Source: a virus
IMG/VR virus record: IMGVR_UViG_3300044825_001572
Location: 1-64,000 of that record
DNA: 64,000 bases
Direction: 5' to 3' (one strand)
Part shown: piece after piece, positions 46,386 through 57,219 of the stretch
Numbering within the stretch: the first letter of the stretch is position 1
How the letters are laid out: every line of letters begins with the position of its first letter
The notes under the pieces: generated by a model
The model's input: the letters and a program-made list of their open reading frames with translations, nothing else
What the model was told of the DNA's origin: nothing
The model's database searches: none
Translations under genes and position numbers: made by a program

Positions 46386-47990
46386 TTAGTTACTTTCATA
46401 TGGACTAAAATCAATATTATCTAATGTAGAAATATCAGATTCTAATCTTTTTATTTCTTCAGTTATACTACCAAGAGCTTGTAGTATCGACCAAGCTTGT
46501 AATTCTTTTCTATCTCTATCTCTTCTTAAGGTTTTTGTTGCATTAATAATAGGTTCAATTTGAGATTGATATTGTGCTATTACATTATTTAAATCTTCTA
46601 TTGCATTATCAATATTCTGTTGTAATTGATTACATAAAGTTCCAGTTGGATCTATTCCAGGAAATCTTGATGTAGTTCCTAGAGATATTGGATTACTAGA
46701 TGATGTAATGGCTACAGTTCCTTCTGGAGCTATTGTACTGGTACAAGATATAGATGGAAATGCTCCAGAACACTTAATTATGCTAGGCCATAGTAAAGTT
46801 CCAATATAATATTCAACTTTTCCACCTCCTACTAAAGGTTCTGGATTAATTTGAGTATTTGTTGAACTATCGAAATAAGAACTACTTGGGCTCCAAGTTT
46901 GAGTTTGACTTGAATTTCCAGAAATATCTAAAAATATACTGTGACCTATACCGACTGTAGATGAATTAATAACACCAATGTTTAATGGCTCTAATGGATT
47001 TTGTAAATAGTCAAAATTTGTATCAATATCTCCAATTCGTAGTACCGTGAAAGTATTATTTGTAGTAGAAGCCAGAGATACAGTAGAAATAAATGCTGCT
47101 GAATATGTTGTAATAATTCCAACAGTAAATATATTTTCAATAGTACCTATTGGCGCAGCATCATTCAATATTAAACTATTACACGGGACTTCCGTAGTTT
47201 CATATTCACCAGTTCCATTTAAAAATGTTACTGGGAATGTAGTAGTACCAAAACCAACAATTGTAGTAGTTATAATACCTACACATTCAAAACTCATTCC
47301 TGTATTAACTCCTATAGTGGAAATTCCCGGACCATAATGAGCGAAAATTGTAGAGCCAGTAGATATTCCTCCACCTAAAGTCGTAACAATACCAACAGCG
47401 TTTATTGTACCAAACCCCACAAATTTAGGAAGATTTGTTGGGGAGAATATTGTAGGATTGGAAATACTATCAACAATTATATCATCAGGTTGAATATTTT
47501 GAGTTAATTGAGAATTATTATCCAATATTGCAATAGCTGTACTACCAACAGATGTTGAACCTGAAAATGTAGTAATAATATTTGAACCATAATCACGATT
47601 TAATGGCTTTTGATAATATTTTAATCCACGATATGGGGTAAAAGAATATGTATTAGAATTTTTCTTAACTTCATATTTGTAATATCTATTAATACTACCT
47701 CCAAACAAAGTATATGATGGAGGTTCCCAAGCATCAACTAATACCCAAGCTAAATCGCTTCTACATCCAGAAGAAATTCTAGCATCATATGCCTGTTTTA
47801 TTGGGGGAATTTTTTCGTTGATAATATTGATAATCCTTAAAGCATCACTATCAATTTTTGATATTAAATTATCTTCTTTATCAATATTAACATCTATTAA
47901 TGTTAATTGATTTAAAAGTGCATCTCTTTGAGTTTTTTTACTTATTAATTCTAATTGAAGTTCTGATATTATTTCTCTAGATATAGTCAT
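46386..47990 (-). CDS. virion structural protein with coiled-coil ends
   Basis: ORF track; helical termini around a Thr/Gly-rich core. Confidence 0.65.
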   Translation of the reverse strand: MTISREIISELQLELISKKTQRDALLNQLTLIDVNIDKEDNLISKIDSDALRIINIINEKIPPIKQAYDARISSGCRSDLAWVLVDAWEPPSYTLFGGSINRYYKYEVKKNSNTYSFTPYRGLKYYQKPLNRDYGSNIITTFSGSTSVGSTAIAILDNNSQLTQNIQPDDIIVDSISNPTIFSPTNLPKFVGFGTINAVGIVTTLGGGISTGSTIFAHYGPGISTIGVNTGMSFECVGIITTTIVGFGTTTFPVTFLNGTGEYETTEVPCNSLILNDAAPIGTIENIFTVGIITTYSAAFISTVSLASTTNNTFTVLRIGDIDTNFDYLQNPLEPLNIGVINSSTVGIGHSIFLDISGNSSQTQTWSPSSSYFDSSTNTQINPEPLVGGGKVEYYIGTLLWPSIIKCSGAFPSISCTSTIAPEGTVAITSSSNPISLGTTSRFPGIDPTGTLCNQLQQNIDNAIEDLNNVIAQYQSQIEPIINATKTLRRDRDRKELQAWSILQALGSITEEIKRLESDISTLDNIDFSPYESN

Positions 47991-47992
47991 TG

Positions 47993-48838
47993 TTATATGT
48001 TATCTCCTTCATATTCTACGATTAATTTATCTACATCTTTTCTTTCGGCAAATACTGTATAAAAGCAATCTATAGGACCACTTAAATTATTCGCAATATT
48101 TATAACTTTACCCCATTCTATATTTTTTACATAAAGTTCTTGATATGCATTATTTGGTGTTAAATTGACTGTGATAGTTTCTATATCGACTAAATTATCC
48201 CAATATTCAGGTAAAATAATTTTATTTTTGTTTTTTAATTTTCCTCTATAATATACACCAACTTCTGGACCTTCAATACAAGCATGTCGTAGTCTCATTC
48301 CACTTTTATTTGGATGAGGAATATCAAATTGTTTAAATGGTGCCGCTACTGATGAAAACGCGCCAAAAGTTGCCTTTATTGATGCTGCATCTATATCACC
48401 ACAAAATATTTTTCCAGTAACATTTAAAGCAGAATTCATAGTTACTGGACCATTAAAAATTCCAGTATCATTACCTATGTTTATTGCATTTTTTAAGTCT
48501 GCACCATTTTTAGTTTCAACTGCTGTTACATTTACAGACCCTGTAAAATTACTAATAGCAGAAACATTTAAAGTTCCAGCGATATTTGTTATAGGACCTA
48601 AAAAATTAGATACTCCTACAACTTCTAATGATGCTGGGGCTGATAGTCCAGCAAGTGGTGGACCAATCATACAAGATGCCCGAGCTACACCAATTTGTGG
48701 AGTAGCTCCAATGTATACGGGACCATTTAAAACTGCAGTTCCAGGAATTACCCTTGAAGTTGCTGTAAGAAATGAGGTATCTACTTGACCTACAACTAAT
48801 TTATCTCCAACATGAGAAATTGAAGTAATATGAGCCAT
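47993..48838 (-). CDS. baseplate/spike-associated protein
   Basis: Follows gp5; beta-repeat region; KQFDIPHP...LRHACIEGPE.GVY.RG C-terminal domain. Confidence 0.6.
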   Translation of the reverse strand: MAHITSISHVGDKLVVGQVDTSFLTATSRVIPGTAVLNGPVYIGATPQIGVARASCMIGPPLAGLSAPASLEVVGVSNFLGPITNIAGTLNVSAISNFTGSVNVTAVETKNGADLKNAINIGNDTGIFNGPVTMNSALNVTGKIFCGDIDAASIKATFGAFSSVAAPFKQFDIPHPNKSGMRLRHACIEGPEVGVYYRGKLKNKNKIILPEYWDNLVDIETITVNLTPNNAYQELYVKNIEWGKVINIANNLSGPIDCFYTVFAERKDVDKLIVEYEGDNI

Positions 48839-48842
48839 AGTA

Positions 48843-49412
48843 TCAACCTATACCCAAACAATCCTTGAAGAATTTTTTTAATGATTGCAATCCACTAAAT
48901 GCTTGTCCTAAAAAGCTTCCTTGAACTAAATCTACACTACTACCATCGCTGTTTTGAATCTGTGCCGAACCAGATTTAGTTCCAGCCATAGTTTCTAGAT
49001 TTCCAGACCCAGCAACAGTAATATTAGTACCATTTTCTCGTATGGAGGGTGCTCTAATTTCTATAATTTTTCCAGAATTTAGAGTTATTTCTCCACTACC
49101 ATCTTCTGCTACTATTCTAATATTTTTTGCTTTAAGAATAATATCACCATTCTGTGCTTCTAGATGAATGTTACCATTTTTAGCTAATATTATTTTTCCT
49201 GGTTGATCTTCTTTACAAGTATTTCCAACGTATTCATAAGAAGTATTAGGAGTAACTTCAACTTTAACTCCGTCACTTTGCATCATCATAGCATTACCAT
49301 TATCTGTGGTAACACCATATTCTACTTGATAGTTACCATAATTTACATTGCTATAGATTTTAGCAGCAGCTAAAGTTTCTAAATCATATCCTCGTTGATT
49401 TGTCATACGCAA
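48843..49412 (-). CDS. gp5-C-like beta-helix spike segment
   Basis: A.NG.I.L.A.NG.I.L.AKNI repeats; directly downstream of gp5. Confidence 0.55.
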   Translation of the reverse strand: MRMTNQRGYDLETLAAAKIYSNVNYGNYQVEYGVTTDNGNAMMMQSDGVKVEVTPNTSYEYVGNTCKEDQPGKIILAKNGNIHLEAQNGDIILKAKNIRIVAEDGSGEITLNSGKIIEIRAPSIRENGTNITVAGSGNLETMAGTKSGSAQIQNSDGSSVDLVQGSFLGQAFSGLQSLKKFFKDCLGIG

Positions 49413-51922
49413 TCTACTACTTTAATTACTCCTAATTCATTAATAGCAATACCAGAAGAAATATTTCCTTTTGGTAAGTATTTTATAACTGGGTACAATA
49501 CTGCTCCTTCTCCATTATTACTATCTATAAAGGTTGTTGGTAATGTAGTGAATTCTGTAGGACAGAACACAGAACTTACACCAACAATTGAACCATTATT
49601 TGATACTATTGGTGTTATTATACATTCCCCAACTTCTATTCTATCACCAGTGCTATATCCAATTCCGGGATTAGGAATAACAATTCCAGTTAGAATGCCA
49701 GAATTAATTGTACCAATTCCACTTGGTAATGATGGGAAGAATGTAGAAATTCCAAGTGTTATTGGTAAAGTCCCTATTCCAATTGGTACTACAGTTCCTG
49801 GAGGAGATTGATTTGGATTTGTTGAGGGGATTTGAAGTATTGGTGACAACCTGTCATTAACTAAAACTACAGTCCTAGCAACAATATCTTGATTGGAATT
49901 TAATAAATCAAAAGTTAATTGCTCTACCTGCTCTCCAATACTATCTTGTCTAATTTTTACTTGAACTGATGCAGTAGAGTTAAATATCGTTACTGTTCCT
50001 GAAACAGGACCATCAATATCTTCTGGGGTAATTTCTCCACCTAAAGTATATCCTAAAGTTGTTCCATCAGTAACATTCTCTGTTAGTATCGTGAAGTTAC
50101 ACACTTCCCCCTCATAGAAAGAATACTTATCTGCTGTTACAAGATAATATGGATTTATTACTAACCCATCAAGATTAGTTTCACAATATCCACTACCAGT
50201 AGAAGTTACATAAATTTGAGTAACTTTTCCTCCAGAAATTACCGAACTTGCTTTAGCACCAGAGCCAGTATTAGTGTTATCAATAATTGAAACTGATGGT
50301 GGAACACTATATCCAAATCCCTGATTTACAACTTCTATAGAAAGAATTGAACCATTCTCCCCAATAACAGCAACTGCTTGTGCTCCAATTCCATCACCAT
50401 AGATAATGACTTCTGGTGGAATACAAGTAGCTCTTATATTGCCAGTATTTACAATATCACGTTGAGATTGTGGGTTGATGACTCTATCTGCACAATTTGG
50501 GAAAATTGCTGCACTTGAACCTCCACCATAAATTGATAGAAAATTTACTGAGGTCTCTAAACTATCATTAAATCCTCTAATCACATTCATCTTACCAACA
50601 ACTCTATTCCAGTTATCCTTTTCAGCTTGACTTGGACCAACAGCTAAAGCCCATTCACTTGGAGTTTTACATTTTAAATTATCACAACCAATGAGATTAA
50701 AAATTTGTGTTGCTATAGAAGTTGCTTTTGATAAAATACTTTTTACTTGTGAAACCCCATTTAATAGCCAATCCAATCCTGAAAGTATTGGCGCTAAAAG
50801 ATCATCAATAATATCTAAAAGTTTATTTAAGATAGTGGCAGTGAACTCTTCTACTGCACATACTGGAGCGTTAATAGCTCTACCAACTAATCCTTGAAGC
50901 ATATCTAAGAGAAAGTCAAGTAATTGGTCTAGTATTCTTTCAAATAGACAGAAAATAATATTTAAAATATTTTTAGTCGCTTCACCAACTATTGGCTGTT
51001 GTGGAATAGGTACTACAAGACCCACAAATTTTGAAAACAAACAACCAACCATTTTCATAATAATGTTTCTCATATTGTTTATGAGAAACTTTAATGTTCC
51101 TGTTATTATTCTAGCAGTCCTTTTTATTTCTTGGGCAATATCAACAACAGTATTGAGAATTGGGTCAATATAAGTTCCCAAGTAACTTTCAAGACCGCTA
51201 ACAACTGCTATAAAATTTTGAATTGCTCTTGTAATTTTACCAATTACATTATCATCACAACCATTTTCACTTACAATTTTTTCCTTTTCAGCTTGTGCAT
51301 ATGCTTTAGCTAATGCTGAATCTACAGGAAAAAACTTATCAGAATTCTTTGAGAATGTAGTATCTATCCCAACTGAAGTGGGGTCTTGCATCAATCCCCC
51401 AATAATATTTCCACCAGAATTTGATGGTTCCCCTTGAGAAGTATTTGTTTTGGCTACTTGTTTCGTTGGACCTTTAACTACTCTTGAACCTTTTGTATGG
51501 CCTGTGAATGGTTTAAATGCTATTTCATCAACATCAAAACTTGGAACGTTAGCATTTCTATAAATTGAACCAATTACTACCGGCTGTTGAGCGTCATCAC
51601 CATCTAGAAAAAATCCAAAAACTGTTTCGCCACCAATTAGTTTATGAGTTTTACCTAATCCTCCTTGTGCGTTCCCATCACTTGGAGATACTAATACATG
51701 AGCCCAAGGTAAATCTTTATCTGGAAGTTCTGTTCTATCATAAGTATGATATCCAATTATCCTCACTTTACATCTATAAGCCCAAGCTTGTGAGTGTTTG
51801 GTAAAATCTATACCAACCTTATCATCTTTATCCCACACCTCAGGTGGAGCAACTTGACCCAACCACCAGATAAATCCATCTTTACCAAGATAATTAGATT
51901 TTAAAAGACTTTCCTCAATCAT
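49403..51922 (-). CDS. gp5: baseplate hub subunit gp5 (OB-fold; no lysozyme domain evident)
   Basis: FIWWLGQV...RCKVRIIGYH...LPWA...GETVFGFFLDG..AQQPVVIG. Confidence 0.85.
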   Translation of the reverse strand: MIEESLLKSNYLGKDGFIWWLGQVAPPEVWDKDDKVGIDFTKHSQAWAYRCKVRIIGYHTYDRTELPDKDLPWAHVLVSPSDGNAQGGLGKTHKLIGGETVFGFFLDGDDAQQPVVIGSIYRNANVPSFDVDEIAFKPFTGHTKGSRVVKGPTKQVAKTNTSQGEPSNSGGNIIGGLMQDPTSVGIDTTFSKNSDKFFPVDSALAKAYAQAEKEKIVSENGCDDNVIGKITRAIQNFIAVVSGLESYLGTYIDPILNTVVDIAQEIKRTARIITGTLKFLINNMRNIIMKMVGCLFSKFVGLVVPIPQQPIVGEATKNILNIIFCLFERILDQLLDFLLDMLQGLVGRAINAPVCAVEEFTATILNKLLDIIDDLLAPILSGLDWLLNGVSQVKSILSKATSIATQIFNLIGCDNLKCKTPSEWALAVGPSQAEKDNWNRVVGKMNVIRGFNDSLETSVNFLSIYGGGSSAAIFPNCADRVINPQSQRDIVNTGNIRATCIPPEVIIYGDGIGAQAVAVIGENGSILSIEVVNQGFGYSVPPSVSIIDNTNTGSGAKASSVISGGKVTQIYVTSTGSGYCETNLDGLVINPYYLVTADKYSFYEGEVCNFTILTENVTDGTTLGYTLGGEITPEDIDGPVSGTVTIFNSTASVQVKIRQDSIGEQVEQLTFDLLNSNQDIVARTVVLVNDRLSPILQIPSTNPNQSPPGTVVPIGIGTLPITLGISTFFPSLPSGIGTINSGILTGIVIPNPGIGYSTGDRIEVGECIITPIVSNNGSIVGVSSVFCPTEFTTLPTTFIDSNNGEGAVLYPVIKYLPKGNISSGIAINELGVIKVVDCV

Positions 51923-51927
51923 TTTAA

Positions 51928-52137
51928 TTAAATATCATATTTACGACATTCTGGAGCATCTGGATTTAAATCACAATATAGTTCTAATGATGATGGAATT
52001 TGAGTTATATCTGGATGATTTTTTATATATCTATCCAATTCTTCCATATAACTTTCTAAATATCTCCTTCTTTGTTTTGTTATATTATCCCCATCTAATT
52101 CATTAATAATATTTTGAAATAAAGTTTTAATTTCCAT
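51928..52137 (-). CDS. cp12: CP12 Calvin-cycle regulator (start trimmed to MEIKTL)
   Basis: Q.RR.LE....EL..Y...H...P..LELYCD.NPDAPECRKYD. Confidence 0.85.
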   Translation of the reverse strand: MEIKTLFQNIINELDGDNITKQRRRYLESYMEELDRYIKNHPDITQIPSSLELYCDLNPDAPECRKYDI

Positions 52138-52138
52138 A

Positions 52139-53476
52139 TTAAACAATATTGGAAGAGCTGTATAGTCCATAACTATCTCGTATTAATTTCAAACTTGTTA
52201 CCATTGTTGCTGGTTCCATATGATGTCTTAACTCTTTTATGAGATAGTTTCCACTTTGTTGGTCGTCAGCTTCAAGATTATTTCCACTGCGTATTGCTGG
52301 AAATTCTGCATAAATTACATCACCAACTTTTAAATTTATGTTACAAGGGACTACCATATTTAGGGATTGAGTGAATAATAAATTGTATCTAGAAGTAGAT
52401 TTAGCCATATCAGTTTCATCTCTCATAGGAGTTTTATCTGTAATACTAGCTGGACCATCTTTATTATCCATGACCCCAATGTCCGAAGTTCTAACCATAA
52501 TTCTAGAAAAGCTTTCTCCAAGTTCTTCAGAAATAGCTACATTTGCATCAGCACCTAAGGTTGAAGCATCTTTTATTTCATCTTTCAGAACATATTTAAT
52601 AATAGATAATCTATTTTCATATAAATTATAAAAATATGTCGCATTGGCGTACATACCAACTCTTAAGTTTTTCAACAAATCTGTGTTTTTCTCAAAATTA
52701 TAATTAAGTATTGTATACTCATTAATTGGTGAACTTCCTTGTATGACTTGAGAATAATAATATTTTGGAATATTTTTTAAATTAGATGTTCCAGATTGGG
52801 TATTTTTAACTAATTTTTCAACACTTTTAAAATTAAATCCTTCACTATTTTGATAAAATAAAAATCCAGCTACTCCTTTTGCTTGAGCAGTTAAATCTGC
52901 TCCACTTGTATTGGTAGCAGAATTACTTTCTGGAATTGATTTTGGTCCAAGCCAGGTTAAAATATGAAAAGGCTTTTTTTGGTTACTTATAAATGAATAG
53001 CTATTAGCAGTTTTTTCTATATTACTATCTTTGAAGTTATCCGTTTGTAATATATCCTTTAAAATTTTTTTAACAGATTGATCTATAGTTCCATCGTATC
53101 TTTTTTTACAACGTATAGTCTCATTTGTAATTCCTTCTCTAGAAATTAAATTAAGAGTAAATGTTTCGGCAGTACTAGTTTGAGTTATTCCAGAAACTTT
53201 ATATACATATAAAGTTTTATTTCCTTGGAATTCAAAATCTCCAAATGCTGTAGTAATTGATAATGCTACTGCTTCTCCACCCCTTATTGGTAATACATTT
53301 AATATAGATGTACTACAGAGGACTTGAACTGTAAGCATTATTGATGGAGATAATAAATCTTCATAATAATCAAGAAATAATAATGATGAAGATCCCATTA
53401 AGTCAATAGTTTTACTACCATCTAAAGATGTAATAGTAAATAATCTAGGGTTTAGTGAACTTACTGCTGCAGACAT
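52139..53476 (-). CDS. baseplate hub protein (gp27-like)
   Basis: YYED..SP...GGE...GFLFYQ..EGFNFKS...VP.N..L.VGD...SG.YLI..L.H; position upstream of gp5. Confidence 0.6.
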   Translation of the reverse strand: MSAAVSSLNPRLFTITSLDGSKTIDLMGSSSLLFLDYYEDLLSPSIMLTVQVLCSTSILNVLPIRGGEAVALSITTAFGDFEFQGNKTLYVYKVSGITQTSTAETFTLNLISREGITNETIRCKKRYDGTIDQSVKKILKDILQTDNFKDSNIEKTANSYSFISNQKKPFHILTWLGPKSIPESNSATNTSGADLTAQAKGVAGFLFYQNSEGFNFKSVEKLVKNTQSGTSNLKNIPKYYYSQVIQGSSPINEYTILNYNFEKNTDLLKNLRVGMYANATYFYNLYENRLSIIKYVLKDEIKDASTLGADANVAISEELGESFSRIMVRTSDIGVMDNKDGPASITDKTPMRDETDMAKSTSRYNLLFTQSLNMVVPCNINLKVGDVIYAEFPAIRSGNNLEADDQQSGNYLIKELRHHMEPATMVTSLKLIRDSYGLYSSSNIV

Positions 53477-55264
53477 TTATGTTGAGGATAAGCTTGTTAA
53501 TAAAATACTCTTCATCAAACTATTTAATACCAAAGAACCTGTTTCTGGAGATATAACAATAGATTGTCCTCCACCCCCACCCCCTACGGGTATCATCATA
53601 GGTCTTTGTGAACCTCCACCACCAGGAGATAAATTAGAAATAATTGTTTGCTTTTCCATAATATACGATTGTCCTTGAGAATATGAAGGATATATTTCAA
53701 TTTGCCTTTCTTGTTTAGGTGGAGATAACATTACATTTTTAGGTAATGGTTGAGTAATTGGTTTTTGTTGTGATTGAGTTGATGCGATTTGAGGAGTTGT
53801 TGAAGTTTGTGGTTTAGTTTGAGATTGTTGTGGTAAATATAAATTTATTCCAGAAGATTGTTGTGTTATATCAGTATTTGATGAATTTTTTAAGCTATTC
53901 TCCTTGGCTTTATCTACAGATAACGGAGCAGGAAGTCTTTTAGCACTTCCCCCAGGACCCACACCAGCATTAAGTGGATTAATAGGAGTTCCACCTTTAT
54001 GAACTTCAAAATGTAGATGTGTAGATTGACCTGCTGGAAATAGTTTGGCAATTTGTTGCCCTCCATAAACAATATCACCTTGCTTTACTAGTGGAGTTAT
54101 ATGGAAATATTTTGTCTTCATTCCATTTCCGTGGTCTATCATTACTCCACTATTATAACTTCCATTAGGAGACGCCCAGATAACTCTTCCACTTTTATAT
54201 GCAACAACCGGAGCATCCAAAGCACCTTTATGATGAGTCATATCTAGCCCAGCGTGTTGTCTAGCTCCACCATCCCTTGGAGCACCAAATGCTTGACCTG
54301 GACTTATAGTTCCTCTAGTTCCAACATCACCTCCTGGTAATGGAAAAAATGTATCTCCATCTACTGGCCCATCATAAGTCTCATTACTAGGAACATCTGG
54401 AAAATCTGGATATTCAGTAGGTTCATTATATGGATTATCAACATTATTTCCCATAAGACTACCAATATTCATAGAGAAGTCTTCAAATTTAATTACGGCT
54501 TCATTAAATTTCATCAATACTTCACTAAAAGATTGAGTAGATACATCAGGTTTCTTTGAAGCTGCTTTTTGTTTTTCTTCTTGAGTTTTTAATTGTTGTT
54601 CTTGCTTTTGTTTAGTATCTCCAGTTATTGCTTCATAAGCTCTATCTGCTCCATAACCACCAAGAAATCCCCCAGCGGCACCACCAACCATACCTATAAC
54701 AAATCCAACTCCCGGAACTGGTATTAATGCTTGACCTAATGCACCAGCTAATAATGAACCAGCAAGTGCTCCACCAAAAGACCCTACTGCACCAGAAGCT
54801 GCTTTACCTACACTTTCCCCTTCAGCAAGTCCAGTAGCAAAATCTAATCCTGCAAAAACTGCATTGGCAATTCCTAATGCCCTTATTCCACCTAAACGTA
54901 ATTTTCCACCACGAACTGTAGGATTTGGTTGAGGTCTAGACTTATTTGGACTTTTACCAACTTTCTCACCTTTTCCAGGAAACATTCCAGAAATAAATCC
55001 ACCTAAATCTAATGCTCCACCTAATAAATTTTGTAATAGATTCCCAGCAGAGCCAAAACTACTTACAATATTAATATTAGCTAAATTTTTTATTTTTCTT
55101 TTATCTGGAAGTTGCTGCCTCTCAAGTTTTAATATTTCTATTTCTAAAAATCTAGAAAAATCTTGAAATTCTCTTTGAGCTTTCGGTAAAGCTCTTTGAT
55201 TTCGATTACCTATAGTAACAATATTATTTGCAGCAATAGAAAGAGGAGATTGAGTAATAGCCAT
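53477..55264 (-). CDS. tail/baseplate protein with M23 metallopeptidase domain
   Basis: HAGLD and HLHFE Zn motifs; Gly-zipper hydrophobic segment. Confidence 0.82.
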   Translation of the reverse strand: MAITQSPLSIAANNIVTIGNRNQRALPKAQREFQDFSRFLEIEILKLERQQLPDKRKIKNLANINIVSSFGSAGNLLQNLLGGALDLGGFISGMFPGKGEKVGKSPNKSRPQPNPTVRGGKLRLGGIRALGIANAVFAGLDFATGLAEGESVGKAASGAVGSFGGALAGSLLAGALGQALIPVPGVGFVIGMVGGAAGGFLGGYGADRAYEAITGDTKQKQEQQLKTQEEKQKAASKKPDVSTQSFSEVLMKFNEAVIKFEDFSMNIGSLMGNNVDNPYNEPTEYPDFPDVPSNETYDGPVDGDTFFPLPGGDVGTRGTISPGQAFGAPRDGGARQHAGLDMTHHKGALDAPVVAYKSGRVIWASPNGSYNSGVMIDHGNGMKTKYFHITPLVKQGDIVYGGQQIAKLFPAGQSTHLHFEVHKGGTPINPLNAGVGPGGSAKRLPAPLSVDKAKENSLKNSSNTDITQQSSGINLYLPQQSQTKPQTSTTPQIASTQSQQKPITQPLPKNVMLSPPKQERQIEIYPSYSQGQSYIMEKQTIISNLSPGGGGSQRPMMIPVGGGGGGQSIVISPETGSLVLNSLMKSILLTSLSST

Positions 55265-57219
55265 TATCCGTCAACAATATTATACACTATTCTAGAGTAC
55301 ATAGTTAAAAAGTTATCAGGATTTGTTGTTGGTAAGAATGGAACTTCTGGAGGATTTGCATTATTGGATGGAGGAGTAACTAAATTATTACCACCAGAAG
55401 ATTGCTGTTGCCCTCCACCACCAGCATCAATAATTGTTGGTGGTAGTGAAATTGTTTGTGGAACTTGTTGAGCTGGTTGTGATATAGTTTGTGCTCTAGC
55501 CTGAGCTGATTGAGATGCTATTGGTGCTGCAGTAACTTGAGTTGTCTGTGATTTTTGAGGTGTTATAGTTCCAAGAGTTTTTGATTTCCCTAACACCTGT
55601 TCTGCAGCTACCACTCTTTCCCTAAGTTCTCTTGGACCTTGATCTGCTGGACCTTCATATCTACCAAGAATTATCTTAGTAGCAGCTTCAATATTTCCAG
55701 AAGCTTTCAAATCTCTTAGTACGTCTGCATAATTTGTACTTAATTCTTTAACTAAAAATCCATAGTTGATTTCATCCGTTAATGGCTGTTTAGTTGGATC
55801 TATACCCTTAGATTTTGCATATTCAAACAATCTCTTTTGCCTACCTGGGCTCGTCCATTGCGCCCAACCATAACCACTTCCTGTTCTCATAGCCTCAGTC
55901 AATAATCCACTACCACCACCTTGAAGTTGAGCTGGATTTAATTGAGAACTTTCATTAAGTAAATTTCCAACAATAGCAGAAGCCTGATAATCTTTTAGCC
56001 CCAAATCTTTTTGCAATCTTTGGGTTATTTCAGCACCCTTTTCAGTTACTCCTTGAGAAAAGGATCCCATAGTTGCTGTGGCTTCCTTACCTGGAGGCGT
56101 AGTTGGTGAAACCCCACCTCCACCTCCTCCCCCACCAGCTCCAGCAGAGCTTTTTGCTCCACTAAGAAGTCCGTTTACTGCTGCAACAAATCTATCTACA
56201 ATTGCAGAAAAACTTTCCACAATACCTTTTGGAATATACTGTTCCCCAGGAGCTGGACTTACTCCACTAGATAATAAACTTTCTTGATATTCTTTAGCTC
56301 TACCCATACCAGATGTTGCTGCGACGGCCCCACCAGCAGCTAATAAACCAGCTCCAACAATACCACCAGCTCTAGCTATATTTCTAACCTTTGGACCACC
56401 AGCTTGTCTTAACCTTCCACCAGGAACATCAATATCTAAATTTAACCCTCCAGATGATGGTGATGCTGTAGGTAGATTAGATAATTGATTTACAATTTTT
56501 ATTATAGTTTGTCTTAAAACTGCAGCAACTTCAAAACTTTCCTCAAATATTTTGCGGAGTGCTTTTAAATTCTTGTCTACAGTGCTAATATTTTTTCTAT
56601 CTCCAAAGAAATTAACAAATCCTATTGCATTTCTATAAAGGTCTAAGAATTTACTTAATACTGTATTTGGTCTTGTATCATCAAAACTTTTTACTTTATC
56701 TTGATAATCTTTTGAAAAATTTCTCAAAGTATTATCTAAAACAGACTTAACTTGATTTTGTATATTTTCTATAACTCTACTAAGATCTGATACTGAAGTT
56801 TGATTTTGAACTTGAAATTCGAGTGGATTTGTTATCTTACTCTGAATTTCCGTAGTTACATTTTTAGTATCTTTTTGTAAATAATTTATGTTTGATTGTA
56901 ATTCTCCAAGTCTTGAATATAAATCACTTCTTAATTTATTTAATTCTAAATCAGTTTCATTCTTCAAGAAATTTGTAGTATTTTTAATAGAATTATCAAC
57001 TTGATTTAAAATATTTGTAGAAATATTTGAAATAAGATTATTAATATTTGGAGTTATTGGAGCAACTCCTGGGCGATTAAATCCAACAATTTTATTTGCC
57101 GCGTTAGTTACAACAGAAGAAGCACCTAAATTACCACCAGTCATAAAACTACCAAAGCTATCAAAAGTAGCCTTAGAATTTCTAGTTATAGCTTGTGGAT
57201 TAAGAGTACTACTAACCAT
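55264..57219 (-). CDS. tail/baseplate protein with phage tail-lysozyme domain (gp29/tape-measure-like position)
   Basis: QASAIVGNL..ES..LNP...GYGWAQWT...R...YE.P....R. Confidence 0.78.
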   Translation of the reverse strand: MVSSTLNPQAITRNSKATFDSFGSFMTGGNLGASSVVTNAANKIVGFNRPGVAPITPNINNLISNISTNILNQVDNSIKNTTNFLKNETDLELNKLRSDLYSRLGELQSNINYLQKDTKNVTTEIQSKITNPLEFQVQNQTSVSDLSRVIENIQNQVKSVLDNTLRNFSKDYQDKVKSFDDTRPNTVLSKFLDLYRNAIGFVNFFGDRKNISTVDKNLKALRKIFEESFEVAAVLRQTIIKIVNQLSNLPTASPSSGGLNLDIDVPGGRLRQAGGPKVRNIARAGGIVGAGLLAAGGAVAATSGMGRAKEYQESLLSSGVSPAPGEQYIPKGIVESFSAIVDRFVAAVNGLLSGAKSSAGAGGGGGGGGVSPTTPPGKEATATMGSFSQGVTEKGAEITQRLQKDLGLKDYQASAIVGNLLNESSQLNPAQLQGGGSGLLTEAMRTGSGYGWAQWTSPGRQKRLFEYAKSKGIDPTKQPLTDEINYGFLVKELSTNYADVLRDLKASGNIEAATKIILGRYEGPADQGPRELRERVVAAEQVLGKSKTLGTITPQKSQTTQVTAAPIASQSAQARAQTISQPAQQVPQTISLPPTIIDAGGGGQQQSSGGNNLVTPPSNNANPPEVPFLPTTNPDNFLTMYSRIVYNIVDG

